A DNA stretch of 64,000 nucleotides from Rhynchopus sp. YZ270_cl-10 (taxonomy: Eukaryota), in contig OZ037839.1 in NCBI GenBank assembly GCA_964035575.1, positions 620,001 to 684,000 of the forward strand, read 5' to 3'. The notes below the pieces were generated by a model. That model saw only the letters and a list, made by a program, of their open reading frames with translations, did not search any database and had not been told where the DNA came from. Within the stretch, counting starts at the first letter, position 1. Each line of letters opens with the position of its first letter. This document shows positions 30,812-42,002 of this stretch, one piece after another. A program made the translations under genes and the position numbers.

Positions 30812-31666
30812 CTAAAAACCAACGTCACCTAGTCTGCTGCGTACAACGTTGCTACACTTGTCCATTCCGTCTACTTTCGACAACATTTTGCAGTTGGAGA
30901 GAAAATAGCCACCAATCGTGGTGACTGCTTGCAGGCCGGTGAAGTCCACTTCCGACAACGTTGTGCAGTTGGAGAGAAACCCGCCACCAATTGTGGTGAC
31001 TGCTTGCAGGCCGGTAAAGTCCACTTCCGACAACGATGTGCAGGAGAAGAGAAAATAATCACCAATCGTGGTGACTGCTTGCAGGCCGGTGAAGTCCACT
31101 TTCGACAACGTTGTGCAGTTGTAGAGAAACCCGCCACCAATCGTGGTGACTGCTTGCAGGCCGGTGAAGTCCACTTTCGACAACAATGTGCTGTTGGAGA
31201 GAAACCCGCCACCAATCGTGGTGACGCAGGGTAATGCAGGCAGGTGCAGTGTGATGCCACAGTTGTCATCCACATTGGGTACGCAACTGAAACCAATGCG
31301 CGTTACGTCGCTACGTGAGAAGAACTCTTCTGGAATCTCAGTCGCAACTTCTGCCTGAAGAAGCAAGCTGGCCACCTTCGGATCGTCCACCTGCTGCAAC
31401 CTTTCTGCTGTGATGTCTGTCTCACCCAATGCATGAAGAGCTGATATGGCTTCGTACTTCACCGTTTTCGTCAACACGACAGAGTCTCCAGCACTCAGTT
31501 CTGTGATGTCCTCTCCTTCCTCCTTCCCTCCGAAGCCCATGCGGAAGCTGTCTTCGCACAACCCTGTTGCAGACGCCACCTTCTGCCGCATCGTCTCCGT
31601 TGTGTCATCCTCACCCACCTCAATCACGTACTCCTTTTCTCCAAAACCCTGAACAGTCAGTTCCAT
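30812..31666 (-). CDS. Ubiquitin-like domain + LRR protein (5 LRR units)
   Basis: MELTVQGFGEKEYVIEVGEDD... start, with the same LRR class as 26372. Confidence 0.88.
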   Translation of the reverse strand: MELTVQGFGEKEYVIEVGEDDTTETMRQKVASATGLCEDSFRMGFGGKEEGEDITELSAGDSVVLTKTVKYEAISALHALGETDITAERLQQVDDPKVASLLLQAEVATEIPEEFFSRSDVTRIGFSCVPNVDDNCGITLHLPALPCVTTIGGGFLSNSTLLSKVDFTGLQAVTTIGGGFLYNCTTLSKVDFTGLQAVTTIGDYFLFSCTSLSEVDFTGLQAVTTIGGGFLSNCTTLSEVDFTGLQAVTTIGGYFLSNCKMLSKVDGMDKCSNVVRSRLGDVGF

Positions 31667-32110
31667 TGTGTTGTCTGTGTCTCTCTGTGAAGCTAGAAAG
31701 TCAAATTTGACAGCCGCAGACTCTGGCAATAGAAAGAATGGGATGTGGTTGTGATGGCTCAAGACTGTGCAGTTGATACAGACGGCACACATTCATCCTG
31801 AATATTCGTATCTCGTTTGGTGTATACCACAGGAGCTTATGAGGAGTATATGAAGGTTTCGTGAACAAAGTCGTGTTCATGACAAGCTGTGGAAATGAAA
31901 AGTTTATGAGAAGTCTTTTTTGGTGGGGTGTTCATGAACACCATCTGAGGTTACCAAAATCTGCGAATTCTTTGTGAGGTAGCACACCCACCACCCCCCC
32001 ACCTTACCCTTCAAAGTAGTTCATGTTTTTTTTTTTTTTTTTTACGCTTTTCTAAATTCTTCCACATTTTTATCCAAACTGGTTGCTCCTCCAACATACC
32101 CCCTCCCCCA

Positions 32111-35100
32111 TCACCTTGCAGGCCCCACCGTTAGATGCGCCGTCCCCACACCCTCACACACCGGCAGCTGCACCACAAGCACCTCTTCATCCTCCTCCTC
32201 CTCTTCTTCCTCTTCCTCTTCCTCCTCCTCCTCCCCCTCTTCATCACGCTCCTCCTTCCCCTTTAATTTGTGGATTGGTGCAATGATTTTTATGTCATCT
32301 GGTTGGTCCCATTCTGAACGATACCGGAGGTAGGAGGATAAGGCGCGTATTGAAACTGCATGGTGCGTGGCTGCAACATGCTGCACGCCCCGGGGAAGCG
32401 ATACTAGGTGGGGTTGCGACAGAATGCCATTTGCTGAGAGACGTGCCAGCCACGTTACCGCATAGACCCCTTCTGTATGACGCGTTGTAAGGCTGTACCA
32501 TCGATGCCGTCTCCCCTCTTCCACCCCTTCCACCAGCTCCTCCACCACCCTCCCTGCCCTCTCACGCCATTCCTCACAGCTTGCGGAGATCAGCTCCTTC
32601 GTTGTTTGTTTGTTTAATACAACCTGGCAAAACCCGACCGGTCTGTACCCTCCGCCCCCTCTTTTCTTGCTACTCTCATATACCCTTGTTGTCATTCCGA
32701 TGCGAATATCGTGCATCGGAAAATGCAGTGTTCTTGCCAAACAGATTATCCTTCTTTTTGTTAAACGGCTAATCAAAGTAAGGTTTGTAACGCCTATCGA
32801 ATGGTACATTGGGAGTGCGGAACGTCCTCCGGTAGTGGAAAATGCAGAGAGGAGATCGGTAGTGAGGGTTTGTGGGGTTTCATCTTCTTCGCATAAATTC
32901 GGAAGCGCTGAAGCGACCTGAGGCACCACTTCTGGGATTGTTTTGATAATATTCGACCGCCCGACCCACCCCATCAGATTCCATAACGATCCTTCAACCG
33001 CATCCTCCTCATCCGCAGTAAGACCTCTCTGGCATAAAGCCCGCTCCACAGCAATCACAGAGTTTGAAGCAAACCGATGTACCTCCCCAGCATCGTCGGT
33101 CCAGTGGTTGCGTTCTTTTGTTTGAAAAAATGTGTCCTCTTCCGCAGGGGCATCGTACGCAATGCTTTGCATCGTTTTTACCTCGAATTTATGAGGGTCT
33201 ATAGGGTCTAAGAATGGCAGGTCTGCAAAACATTGTGTTCCCCGGTTGATGAGAATGGTGTCGAAAGAAGTGGAGGGTGCTTCGAAACGCAAAATGTTCT
33301 GAAGCACTGCGGAGCCGTCTTCATAGCATTCGGTACACAGCCTTGCGAGGGCCCCCGCTGTAGGGTGTGAACAGCACAATGCAATTTGCAGGGCAGAAAG
33401 CAGCACCTCTGGCAGCACTATCAATGCCTCCGGGTTGGGCTGTTCGGGTCCACCTCCTGATTTCTGCAAAAATGAGACGACGGAAGCAAACAAAACAGTC
33501 TCCCTTTTACAACACGCAAAAAAAAGGGGTCCACTCCTCACAATAATTTCCGCAAAATCACATCCCAACCAACAAAGAATGAGCATCATCGCCTTTTCCT
33601 CTATGGGGTCTGGGTCTACCTCCCTCCGTAGCGAGGTGGAGAGCAGCCGCATCGTTGCGGAATTTTTTTCCTCATCAGAAAGCTTCATCAGGGACATTCG
33701 AATTTCTGCAAACCAGTCTGCAACGGTCCCTTTAACGTCCTCTGAAATGAATACACCTAATACACCGTAATATGCACAGTTTACTACAAAGCTTACTTCT
33801 GCAGAACTCCCTTCACCAAGGGGAAATCCTTTGAGCACTTCACCGCGTGAAATTAATATCTCAAGAACCTCGATTATGAAATGATATGATGTATTTAATG
33901 CATGAAGCAGCACCGAACCGCGGAGCAAATCGTCGTACACAATGGCGATTCCACCCTCTGCTAGCAAAGCAATCTCAAGCAGTTCCTTATCGCGGATCAG
34001 AATCGCAAGCCTCGCTAGGGACCGCACTGCTACCACCAACTCGCCCACCGTATAATCACACAGTATTGCTTTATATCCTAGAGATTTAAACGTACGAAGA
34101 AGTACTCCAAATCGTGATGTTCCCCCCAACGAAGCAACGCTTGAGTCTTCATAAGCTGCAAACAGCACTGCAACCGGAATCGAATGATACAAACCTTCTG
34201 TGACATGCACAAATGGTTCCCATCTGTTTGCTAGGATATCAGTAAGGTATTTGTCCTCAAATAGATCAGGGTTTTCCCATATCGCATACCGGAGCACCTC
34301 TGGTGAGAAGGTTGCTGTGAGAAGGGGTGGAGGAGGGTGGTGGTGGTGGTGTCCATCTTTCAGAGCGGATGACGCTGTGGTTACATCAATGGTGGCAGCA
34401 TCGCGTAGGATGCCCCATGATGTGGTGCAGAACGCCTTAAGCATTGCCTCAGAGCAATACGTCATGATACAATGAACGATACAAAGGGGCATATCACCAA
34501 ACAACCCACCCCCACCCCTACGCAGTAACGGAGGTGTCATTGTGGTTCTGGAACTAAATATCATGCCAGCTTGGAGTGGAAACAGATTGGGACATAAAAG
34601 CAAGGTAACGACATTTTCTCCACAAAGCTCCCTTTTTTGCAGCACCGCAGCGGAATGAGACTCCACAGACAATGCACGGAGAGCCTTTTTGGAGAGATTT
34701 CTTCCATTCCTTTTTGCCCCCTTCTTCTCTCTGATGTAAGCTGCAGCGGAACCAAGCATTTGGCTGCCATGAGGTGCCGTAGAAAACCCTGACCGCATCA
34801 TTTCCTCTACTATCCATGCTTCTTTTAGATACGGAATAGGGAACTGAATATCATGAAGAAGAAGCTGGACACGCCGGTCCGCGAGGAGTTGACATAAATT
34901 GGGAATGGTGTGCTGTCTGCACAAAATTTGAAGGGATTCGCAAAGAACCAAAGCGGGGGTACGAAATATCGAGAGCGGCGAGTACTTTAATGCGACCGCA
35001 CATCCTGCGGCAGTGTTCGTAAATATCTCAGGGCGGGAGAAATTATCCCAACACACCTTTCCACGTTTTGCAAGAAGTCGTAAAACTCGTGGTGAACGGA

Positions 35101-35632
35101 ACAGAATATCGATAGGGACGGTTTCAATGTTGGATTCAATGAGGCGTACACTTTGCACCATATCTGCACGGAGGAGAGCAGAGATAGCGGAGTCGTCTAA
35201 GGGGGAGGAAGCGTTACGTAATATGGCGGCGATGTCAGCGTCCTTCCTTCTGGTGTGGATGTAATGGAGAACGACGGAGGTAACGTCATCTGGGCGGTTT
35301 TTTGTGAAGAGGTACCGTGCATCCTGCTTCGCGGAGCTGAAGATAACCAAATGGGTCTTATGGAGGCAGAGGTGTACGTCCACTCCGCAGACCCAACGGC
35401 GTTTTGGGCAGACGATATGACGGAGGGTAATGTGCGGTTCGGTTTCAACAGAAATGACGGTGCCTTTGGAATCAAGGAATGTAAACAGACCGGTCTGATT
35501 GGACCCACAGTGTGTCTGAAACACAGCGTGTCCACGCAGTTCTGCCAAGGTAGTGTCTAAAGTGGCACCCTCCGCGCACACCGTCCCAGTCTCCATGCGT
35601 GCCACATCTACAACCTCGATGTCAGGTGGCAT
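32111..35632 (-). CDS. 1173-aa hypothetical protein with a possible internal F-box-like motif and an acidic C-terminal tract
   Basis: Long uninterrupted ATG-initiated ORF. LFGDMPLCIVHCIMTYCSEAMLKAFCTTS resembles an F-box; no family is confidently recognised. Confidence 0.75.
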   Translation of the reverse strand: MPPDIEVVDVARMETGTVCAEGATLDTTLAELRGHAVFQTHCGSNQTGLFTFLDSKGTVISVETEPHITLRHIVCPKRRWVCGVDVHLCLHKTHLVIFSSAKQDARYLFTKNRPDDVTSVVLHYIHTRRKDADIAAILRNASSPLDDSAISALLRADMVQSVRLIESNIETVPIDILFRSPRVLRLLAKRGKVCWDNFSRPEIFTNTAAGCAVALKYSPLSIFRTPALVLCESLQILCRQHTIPNLCQLLADRRVQLLLHDIQFPIPYLKEAWIVEEMMRSGFSTAPHGSQMLGSAAAYIREKKGAKRNGRNLSKKALRALSVESHSAAVLQKRELCGENVVTLLLCPNLFPLQAGMIFSSRTTMTPPLLRRGGGGLFGDMPLCIVHCIMTYCSEAMLKAFCTTSWGILRDAATIDVTTASSALKDGHHHHHPPPPLLTATFSPEVLRYAIWENPDLFEDKYLTDILANRWEPFVHVTEGLYHSIPVAVLFAAYEDSSVASLGGTSRFGVLLRTFKSLGYKAILCDYTVGELVVAVRSLARLAILIRDKELLEIALLAEGGIAIVYDDLLRGSVLLHALNTSYHFIIEVLEILISRGEVLKGFPLGEGSSAEVSFVVNCAYYGVLGVFISEDVKGTVADWFAEIRMSLMKLSDEEKNSATMRLLSTSLRREVDPDPIEEKAMMLILCWLGCDFAEIIVRSGPLFFACCKRETVLFASVVSFLQKSGGGPEQPNPEALIVLPEVLLSALQIALCCSHPTAGALARLCTECYEDGSAVLQNILRFEAPSTSFDTILINRGTQCFADLPFLDPIDPHKFEVKTMQSIAYDAPAEEDTFFQTKERNHWTDDAGEVHRFASNSVIAVERALCQRGLTADEEDAVEGSLWNLMGWVGRSNIIKTIPEVVPQVASALPNLCEEDETPQTLTTDLLSAFSTTGGRSALPMYHSIGVTNLTLISRLTKRRIICLARTLHFPMHDIRIGMTTRVYESSKKRGGGGYRPVGFCQVVLNKQTTKELISASCEEWRERAGRVVEELVEGVEEGRRHRWYSLTTRHTEGVYAVTWLARLSANGILSQPHLVSLPRGVQHVAATHHAVSIRALSSYLRYRSEWDQPDDIKIIAPIHKLKGKEERDEEGEEEEEEEEEEEEEEDEEVLVVQLPVCEGVGTAHLTVGPAR

Positions 35633-35786
35633 GGTGTGGATGTGTTATCTTGGCATGCTGTGACCAAACAAATAACCTAGGGGAAGGGAATGTGTTGCAA
35701 ATTAGTTTTATATACCATATATGGTAGTCGGAGTCGGTCCGACTTTTTGATTAATTAGTATCTAAGACCCCCCGGGCACCGGCGCA

Positions 35787-38700
35787 CACGACGGACTAGT
35801 TATGGCCATGACAGGTGATATGACAGGTGGTGTTACTAGTTATAAATATGACAGGTGATAATTGAATATTACTAGTAATATGACAGGTGGTACCTGTAAA
35901 ATGACAGGTGCACCTGTCAAATGACAGGTGGTACCTGTCATATGACAGGTGTTTTTGCCGGTGGCTATTGCCTCCCAGGGAAAGGGACTCTCGAATTTTT
36001 TTTTTGCCCCCTTTTAGGGCGAATTTCGACGATTTGAGGCCGTTAAAAGCAAAATTTGACACTTTTGAGCATCTATGGGGGTCTAAAACGCGATTTTGCG
36101 CACCACGATTTTTCGTGGGATTTACGAAAGACAAGTCAATTTTTGACCCCAAAAAAATTCACAAAATTGCCCTCGGTGGTCCTCACCCCCACATGTCCTC
36201 AATACTGGGCGAAAAAATGCAAAAAAACGCAAAAATCGGGTGTTTTAATCTGGGTGCACCAAATACACGGGAGTGCGGTACTAAGCCATAATCAGTTTTT
36301 CCGCGCTGAAGAATCCGATGAAGAATTCTTCAAAAAAAAAAAAAAAGGTACAAATAAAAAAATTGAAGAGGTGGGCTGGGGCCCGAAGGGCCGCCCACCT
36401 CTTTCATCTTCCTCCCAGCCTCCTCGCCCGAGCCATCTGCCGACTATTTCCTTCCGTTGCAACCCGACCTCGGAGATGACAAGGAGTGGGGAGAAGCTCC
36501 TGGTGGATCCGGTGAAGCCGGGGACAAGCAGAGAGGAGATGAAGACGCAACTGAAGAAGGAGTACGGGATAATGCGAGTTTGTGCGACTCGCCTTCTGAC
36601 CCCCTGTTTCGTCTTGCGAAGATGAGCGGGCATTTTCGTGATTGAAGTTGGTGAAGACACGTCTCCGCTCACAAGTTGTCGACGAACCCCTTGCTGCACT
36701 TTTGCATGCCAAGAACCATCCCGAGGGTACCTCAGTGAGGAGGTGTCCGCAGAGATTCTGCATCTCTTTGAATATCATAAAGATCCACCCCACCCACCAC
36801 CGTGCGAAAGCTCGGACCCTTTTTAGGCCAGGAATTCTAGTTTCTCCGCCGGAGGCCCAGAACTTCCGGCGCGCTACGCGCGCCGGGCTCGGGACGTATT
36901 TACCTTTTATGCACAAAATCACTATTCTTCATCAAAAATCCCGCTCCATTTTTTACAATGTACCCTAATTTTTTTCCGATCCAAAAAAATGGAAAAAGCC
37001 CGGGTGCCCGCCCACCCCTGCAAAAATCGACTTGTACAGCCATTGCTTTGGTGTGGGCTTGTTCACACCGGGCAGAGTGCGAGTTATTCTCAGCAACACG
37101 GCCCCGGCCCCCCAGATTTTTCCCGTAAGAAAACCACCTGCGCGAACCATAGGCATTTTTTGTCCTCCCTCAAGTGCTCCCTCGAACCTGGCGGGAGGGA
37201 GGGAAATAGCTATTTACTGACGCAGTGGTGGGTTTGTATGTCCAATGATGTTCTCGTACCTGGAGAGTGGACCGAGTGCGAGGTATGTTTTTAACCCCCG
37301 GTTTTCACCACCCCCGCTCCCCCTTTTCGACATTTTCCCGCTCTGGATGTACGTCTCGCCTCCGGATGTAAATTGAAGCTATTTTTTCCCGCCCAAATTA
37401 GCGACTCAGGATTTGTGCACCTCTATCTATCTCTTGTTGGGTGTCCACCCCGGTACAGCCGGTCATGTACCAAGGTACACTGTTCACGAGAGGGTTTTGT
37501 ATTTCAAGTCAACTTTTTCTTTTTGTTCTAAATGTCACTTTTGTCCTCAATTTCTCTTAACAGGTACCCGAACCGACGACCCTTCATTGTGACAGCGAAG
37601 CAGTGCCGACGGACGAGCTGGTGCAAATATTTCAAAATCAGGTGGCGACCGAGACCACCCTAATGAAAAAGTCGGGTTTATAAACCAACTTTTCCATTAA
37701 CCCACCCCATAGACCACCCTAATTATTATGAAACTCTTAGTCAGTCACTGCTATAGCCATTAACCCAGGGAGCATAGCTAGTGCAAGAAATTCGACTTCG
37801 GGATCCGGAAAGTCTGTCCTCTGCTTGCGGAGGACTAGACACAAGAAAATATTGCGTTCCCCCAGAAACCAGTTTTTGTCACAGTAATTTTTGCCCAGGG
37901 CATGCTCTTGAAGCATGGCGGCTTGGTGTGAGAAGGGGCAGTGTGTTGTTTTGTTCTAGATTTCAACGGTTGTTAGAACGAGTCAAGTGGATGCTTATCT
38001 AAACACTGACTTTAGTACAGACCCGAGAGATCACACATGACTTTGAGGAAAGAACAAAGCAATGCATCTGTACCCGCACGCCAGGTTGTAGTTACTTCAG
38101 AATTTTCTTAAGTTTGCGCGAAAGAGAGCGGGGGCAACTCCTTTGTATCATAAGCCCGCTGTGCAGAACAAAGCGAGGAACCTTAAAACACTACCTGCGT
38201 GGTGGCTGAATTCACATCCCTTAGAATTACCAGAATTCAGCCTTTGTTGAAGTAACGTACATACTTGTATGTGCGTGTCACGCTTCTCCATCCTTAAATG
38301 GGTGCACTGCTTCACTGCAGCGGGTAAGCCTCTCTCGACTAGTGCAAACTTAAGAATTTTCTGCTGTAACTTACCAAAATCGATTTTCTTTCACCCCAAA
38401 CACCCGCAACACCCCACCTGCTACTTCGGTAGCCTGTGTTGTTGGGAGTTGGTTCTCATGTTGATCCCCAGTGTTTTGCACTGCTTCTTCTGAGCCCAAC
38501 GCTGTTTGGCCTGTCGACGTAATAAATACGAAGACAGGGCGGCGGTGCCAACAATTTTCCGATGATGTAACGTTTATCTGATTGATTTATCGTTTGATAT
38601 ACCTTGTGTCCTACTTCATGCCCAAGAAAGGTTATTGAACGGTACTTTCAAGCGATACTTCGTTATGTCATTGGGGGTACCTGGGTACCTGGGTACCTGG

Positions 38701-38815
38701 TGCCTGTATTTTGACAGGTGGTACCTGTCAAAATGACAGGTACCACCTGTCAAAAATTTTCACCTGTCATTTTACTAGTAAAATCACCTGTCATGGTCAT
38801 AACTAGTCCGTCGTG
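35787..38815. mobile_element. Non-autonomous CMC/EnSpm-like DNA element A (CAC...GTG, 2-bp CA duplication)
   Basis: ~33-bp TIR cacgacggactagttatg(g/a)ccatgacaggtgat, subterminal tgacaggtg repeats at both ends, and ca on both flanks. Confidence 0.85.
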
Positions 38816-39149
38816 CAGTTGATGCCAAAAAAAAAAGTTTGTAGGTCTTCAGCAATGCGAAATTGGTAGAACCAGGAAGTGCCATCCTCCACCATCGCCC
38901 AGTTGCTGTTCGGTTCCGCACCACGCATAGCTCAGACGGGTATGTGCGACTTCGCACTCTGACCCGAACACACAAGCCGAAACCAGATCCGGACGCGTAG
39001 CGGGTAGAGAAGTTTTCCTTTGCAACTTCTCTCTGTACATATCCCCCCATCCATGTTCCTATGTATCTGCACCACCTTGCTTTTACCTATCCTTGCCCTC
39101 CAACCCCTCCAACCCGTCAAAGTTCTGTGTTGTAACACCGGAAACTAAG

Positions 39150-39410
39150 AGGATCAGACGAAAGTTTTGGAATATTCAGATGGCGCGGCCGATGACACCA
39201 AAATAGCAGAAAATAGCACAAAAAATAGCACCCCCTTTCAGCCACACCATCAGATACTTCATTCTGGAATAAAGCCCACCTGCTTGACCTGAAGGCCGGC
39301 ACCCGGCGGTGACAGAAAGGCCTGCCCCGCACGTCCTCTGTGTAGGGTCCGTTGGAAGAAAAAGAATCGGCAACAGAAACAAAAGGAAAGGGGAGGAGAA
39401 GGCCATTTTT
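39150..39410. repeat. Dispersed repeat, direct copy at ~51270-51550
   Basis: Near-identical atcagacgaaagttttgg...ggagaaggccattttt in both places. Confidence 0.85.
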
Positions 39411-40119
39411 TTTTTTTTGAGAAACTGTGTACCCGCGCATCAAAATTATGGAAAACTTTGCACCCCAAACACCCTTAACAACGCCCGCCAAAAGGCGCCC
39501 CTTGTTGCTGGGAGTTGGTTCTCATGTTTGATACTTGCACAGCAGGCATTCCTCTGAGTCCAGCGCTGTTTGGCCTGTCTGCGGCGTTGCACCGAAGGTG
39601 TACGAAGGAAGGGTCAGGTGGTAAATTTTGCGTAGTGTCGCATTCCCTCATGTGTGGGTCACTCACACTTGCGGTCATGTGCCACTGCGTGGGTCTGGGT
39701 ACCTGGGTACCTGGATACAGGATATTTGTTGTCAAAGACATCTTCCACCATGCATTGAGGAGGGTAAGACAGTGGTCGCAGTTTGTACTTGAAAGCATTA
39801 CAACATTTAATTTCTCCACGGGGGTCATGGGACTTTCACCTGGTGAAGGGTTATACCATGACTAGCGGCAGAGGCCTTTTTGGTCGCTGTAATTCGAGAT
39901 TCTCGAGAGGGGGCACACTTTGTGTGTTACGTACCTGGTTAAGTAATGCTTTCTTGTAAATTGTTGATCACTATCTCCTCAGTGCATGAATGCCCCACGT
40001 GACTGGACTGGACACTTTGTGTTCCAGTGTCGGATTGGCTGTAGTTGCCCTTTCACGACTTTTTTCCTTGTGTACCTGTGTACCAGTGTACAGTACCCAT
40101 AATACCCAAAAAAGGATAA

Positions 40120-41053
40120 GGGTGGGCGAATTGACAAAATTAATTCGGGTTACATGACGCAGAGAAAACGCTGACGCATGACGCAGAAAAAAAGTTTTCA
40201 GGGAAAAAAAAGTTTTAGGAAAAAAAGTTTTCATCAGGAAAAACTGGTTTTTGGGTGACGGGGTAGAGATTCGTGACCCAAACCACAGTTTTTTGGCATT
40301 TCCGGAATCCGTGCAGAAAGTGGTGGGGTCAATCTCGAAAATTGGACAATTTTTTGACCACGTATTTTTTTGAAAATATGAGCCCGGTCACTAATACGTG
40401 GGGCCCATTTTCGGCCAAAAAATGCTACTGAAAAATATTTTCCCCTGAAAATTTTTCAGCCCCAAAACATACCGCGGTTGGCATTTCCGGAATCTGTCCG
40501 CGCTGTGGTGGGGTCACTTTGCCGAAATGGCCAAGTTCTTGGTTTTGGTCAAAATGAGTGTAAGGTAAAGGGGACAAGGTAAATCCCACAACCCAGATTT
40601 TCTCTCCCTGATTCTGAAACATGAAAATGCCCGAAAACACCGGCATTTGCATTTTCGGAATCTGTCCGTTCTGCGGTGGGGTCAATTTGCCGAAATGGAC
40701 GAGTTCTTGGTTTTGGTCAAAACCCGTAAGTGTAAGGTAAAGGGGGGCAAGTGTTTGCCTGTAGAAACACACGGTAGCAGGGGTGTTAGGGCCCCCCATG
40801 CGTGTACATTTTGCAAAAAACGCGGGCATTTTGCATTTTGTTCGAAAACACCGGCATTTGCATTTCCTGAATCCACCCGTTCTGTGGTGGGGTCAATTTG
40901 CCGAAGCCACCAAATTTAAAAACTAGAAATCACATGTGTTTTCTAGAATTTTTTGGTTTTTTGGTGGGGGAACCAAGAGAAAACTTTTTTTTTCCAGAAT
41001 TCTGAAATCCATGACGCCAATAACCCGAATTAATTTTGTCAATTCGCCCACCC
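40120..41053. mobile_element. PIF/Harbinger-like MITE
   Basis: Perfect 33-bp TIR gggtgggcgaattgacaaaattaattcgggtta with TAA flanking both ends. The interior (~40320-40720) recurs inverted at ~53380-53790 and is related to 590-1380. Confidence 0.88.
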
Positions 41054-42002
41054 TAATAGGATAATACCCACTGGGTATTATCCAGGTTTCACAACTGGTA
41101 GACCATCTAACGCCACTCATTACGTGCAGATATACAGTGTCACGGTGGTCATTTGACAGGGGTCTTGTCATTTGACAGGGGGGTCTTGTCATTATTTAGT
41201 CTTGTCATGTAACTAGTCATGCACCTTGTCACATGAGTAGTCATAGGTGGTAACTAGGTCGTGGTGACAGGGGGGTGGGTCCCCCACCCCCAACCGCCCT
41301 GCCCCTCCGCCCCCAGGGGGGCCGCTGGGGGGTGCACTAGGGGGGTGCGTGCACCCCCTTGAAATCTCAAAAAAGTCTGACGGGGTGCGCGCGCACCCCC
41401 GCACCCCCTCCAGAAAAAACACTGATAACCAGAATTGGGGAATTCTGGTTTTCAAAACCAGAATTTGTACGGTAACTACCAGTGCTCTCAAGATCCTCCA
41501 CGTAGGGGAGGATATTTCCTCCAGGGGCTTTTTTTTTTTTTTCAGGCTTTTTTGGTGGAGGATTTCCTCCATTTTTTTTTTTTTTTTTGGCGGGCTCGGG
41601 TCAGTAATGTATATAGGGGTGGTGGTGGTGCAGTAAAGGGGAAATATGTGGGAAACCCTCTTTTTTGGTTTTTCGCGTGGTTGTGTGCAGGGTTTTATAT
41701 AGCCAGCACCCACCAAAACGGTGGTTTGTGTGAGGCAGTCATTGTTTTTGTGTGTGGAAAACTAGTGTCCTATCCAGGAATCCTGATTTCAAGATCGGGG
41801 TCAGCTTGTTTTTTTCCCCAAAAATTCAGCACTGCTGACAAAGGAAGACATTGGGAGCTGTGTATTTTTTTTGCGGAGCAAAAAAAATAAGATAAAATGG
41901 CGCCGCAGGCGAAAAAAATTCATGGTACGGTGTAAAAATCTAGCTTTTCACACCACGAGTCACTCAAAGAACCCCTTTTTGCGGAATCCCGACTCGTTTT
42001 TT

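Noticed and set aside
37546..38120. Transposase remnant in the block shared by elements A and B
   Set aside because: The frames are interrupted and I could not recognise any transposase motif.
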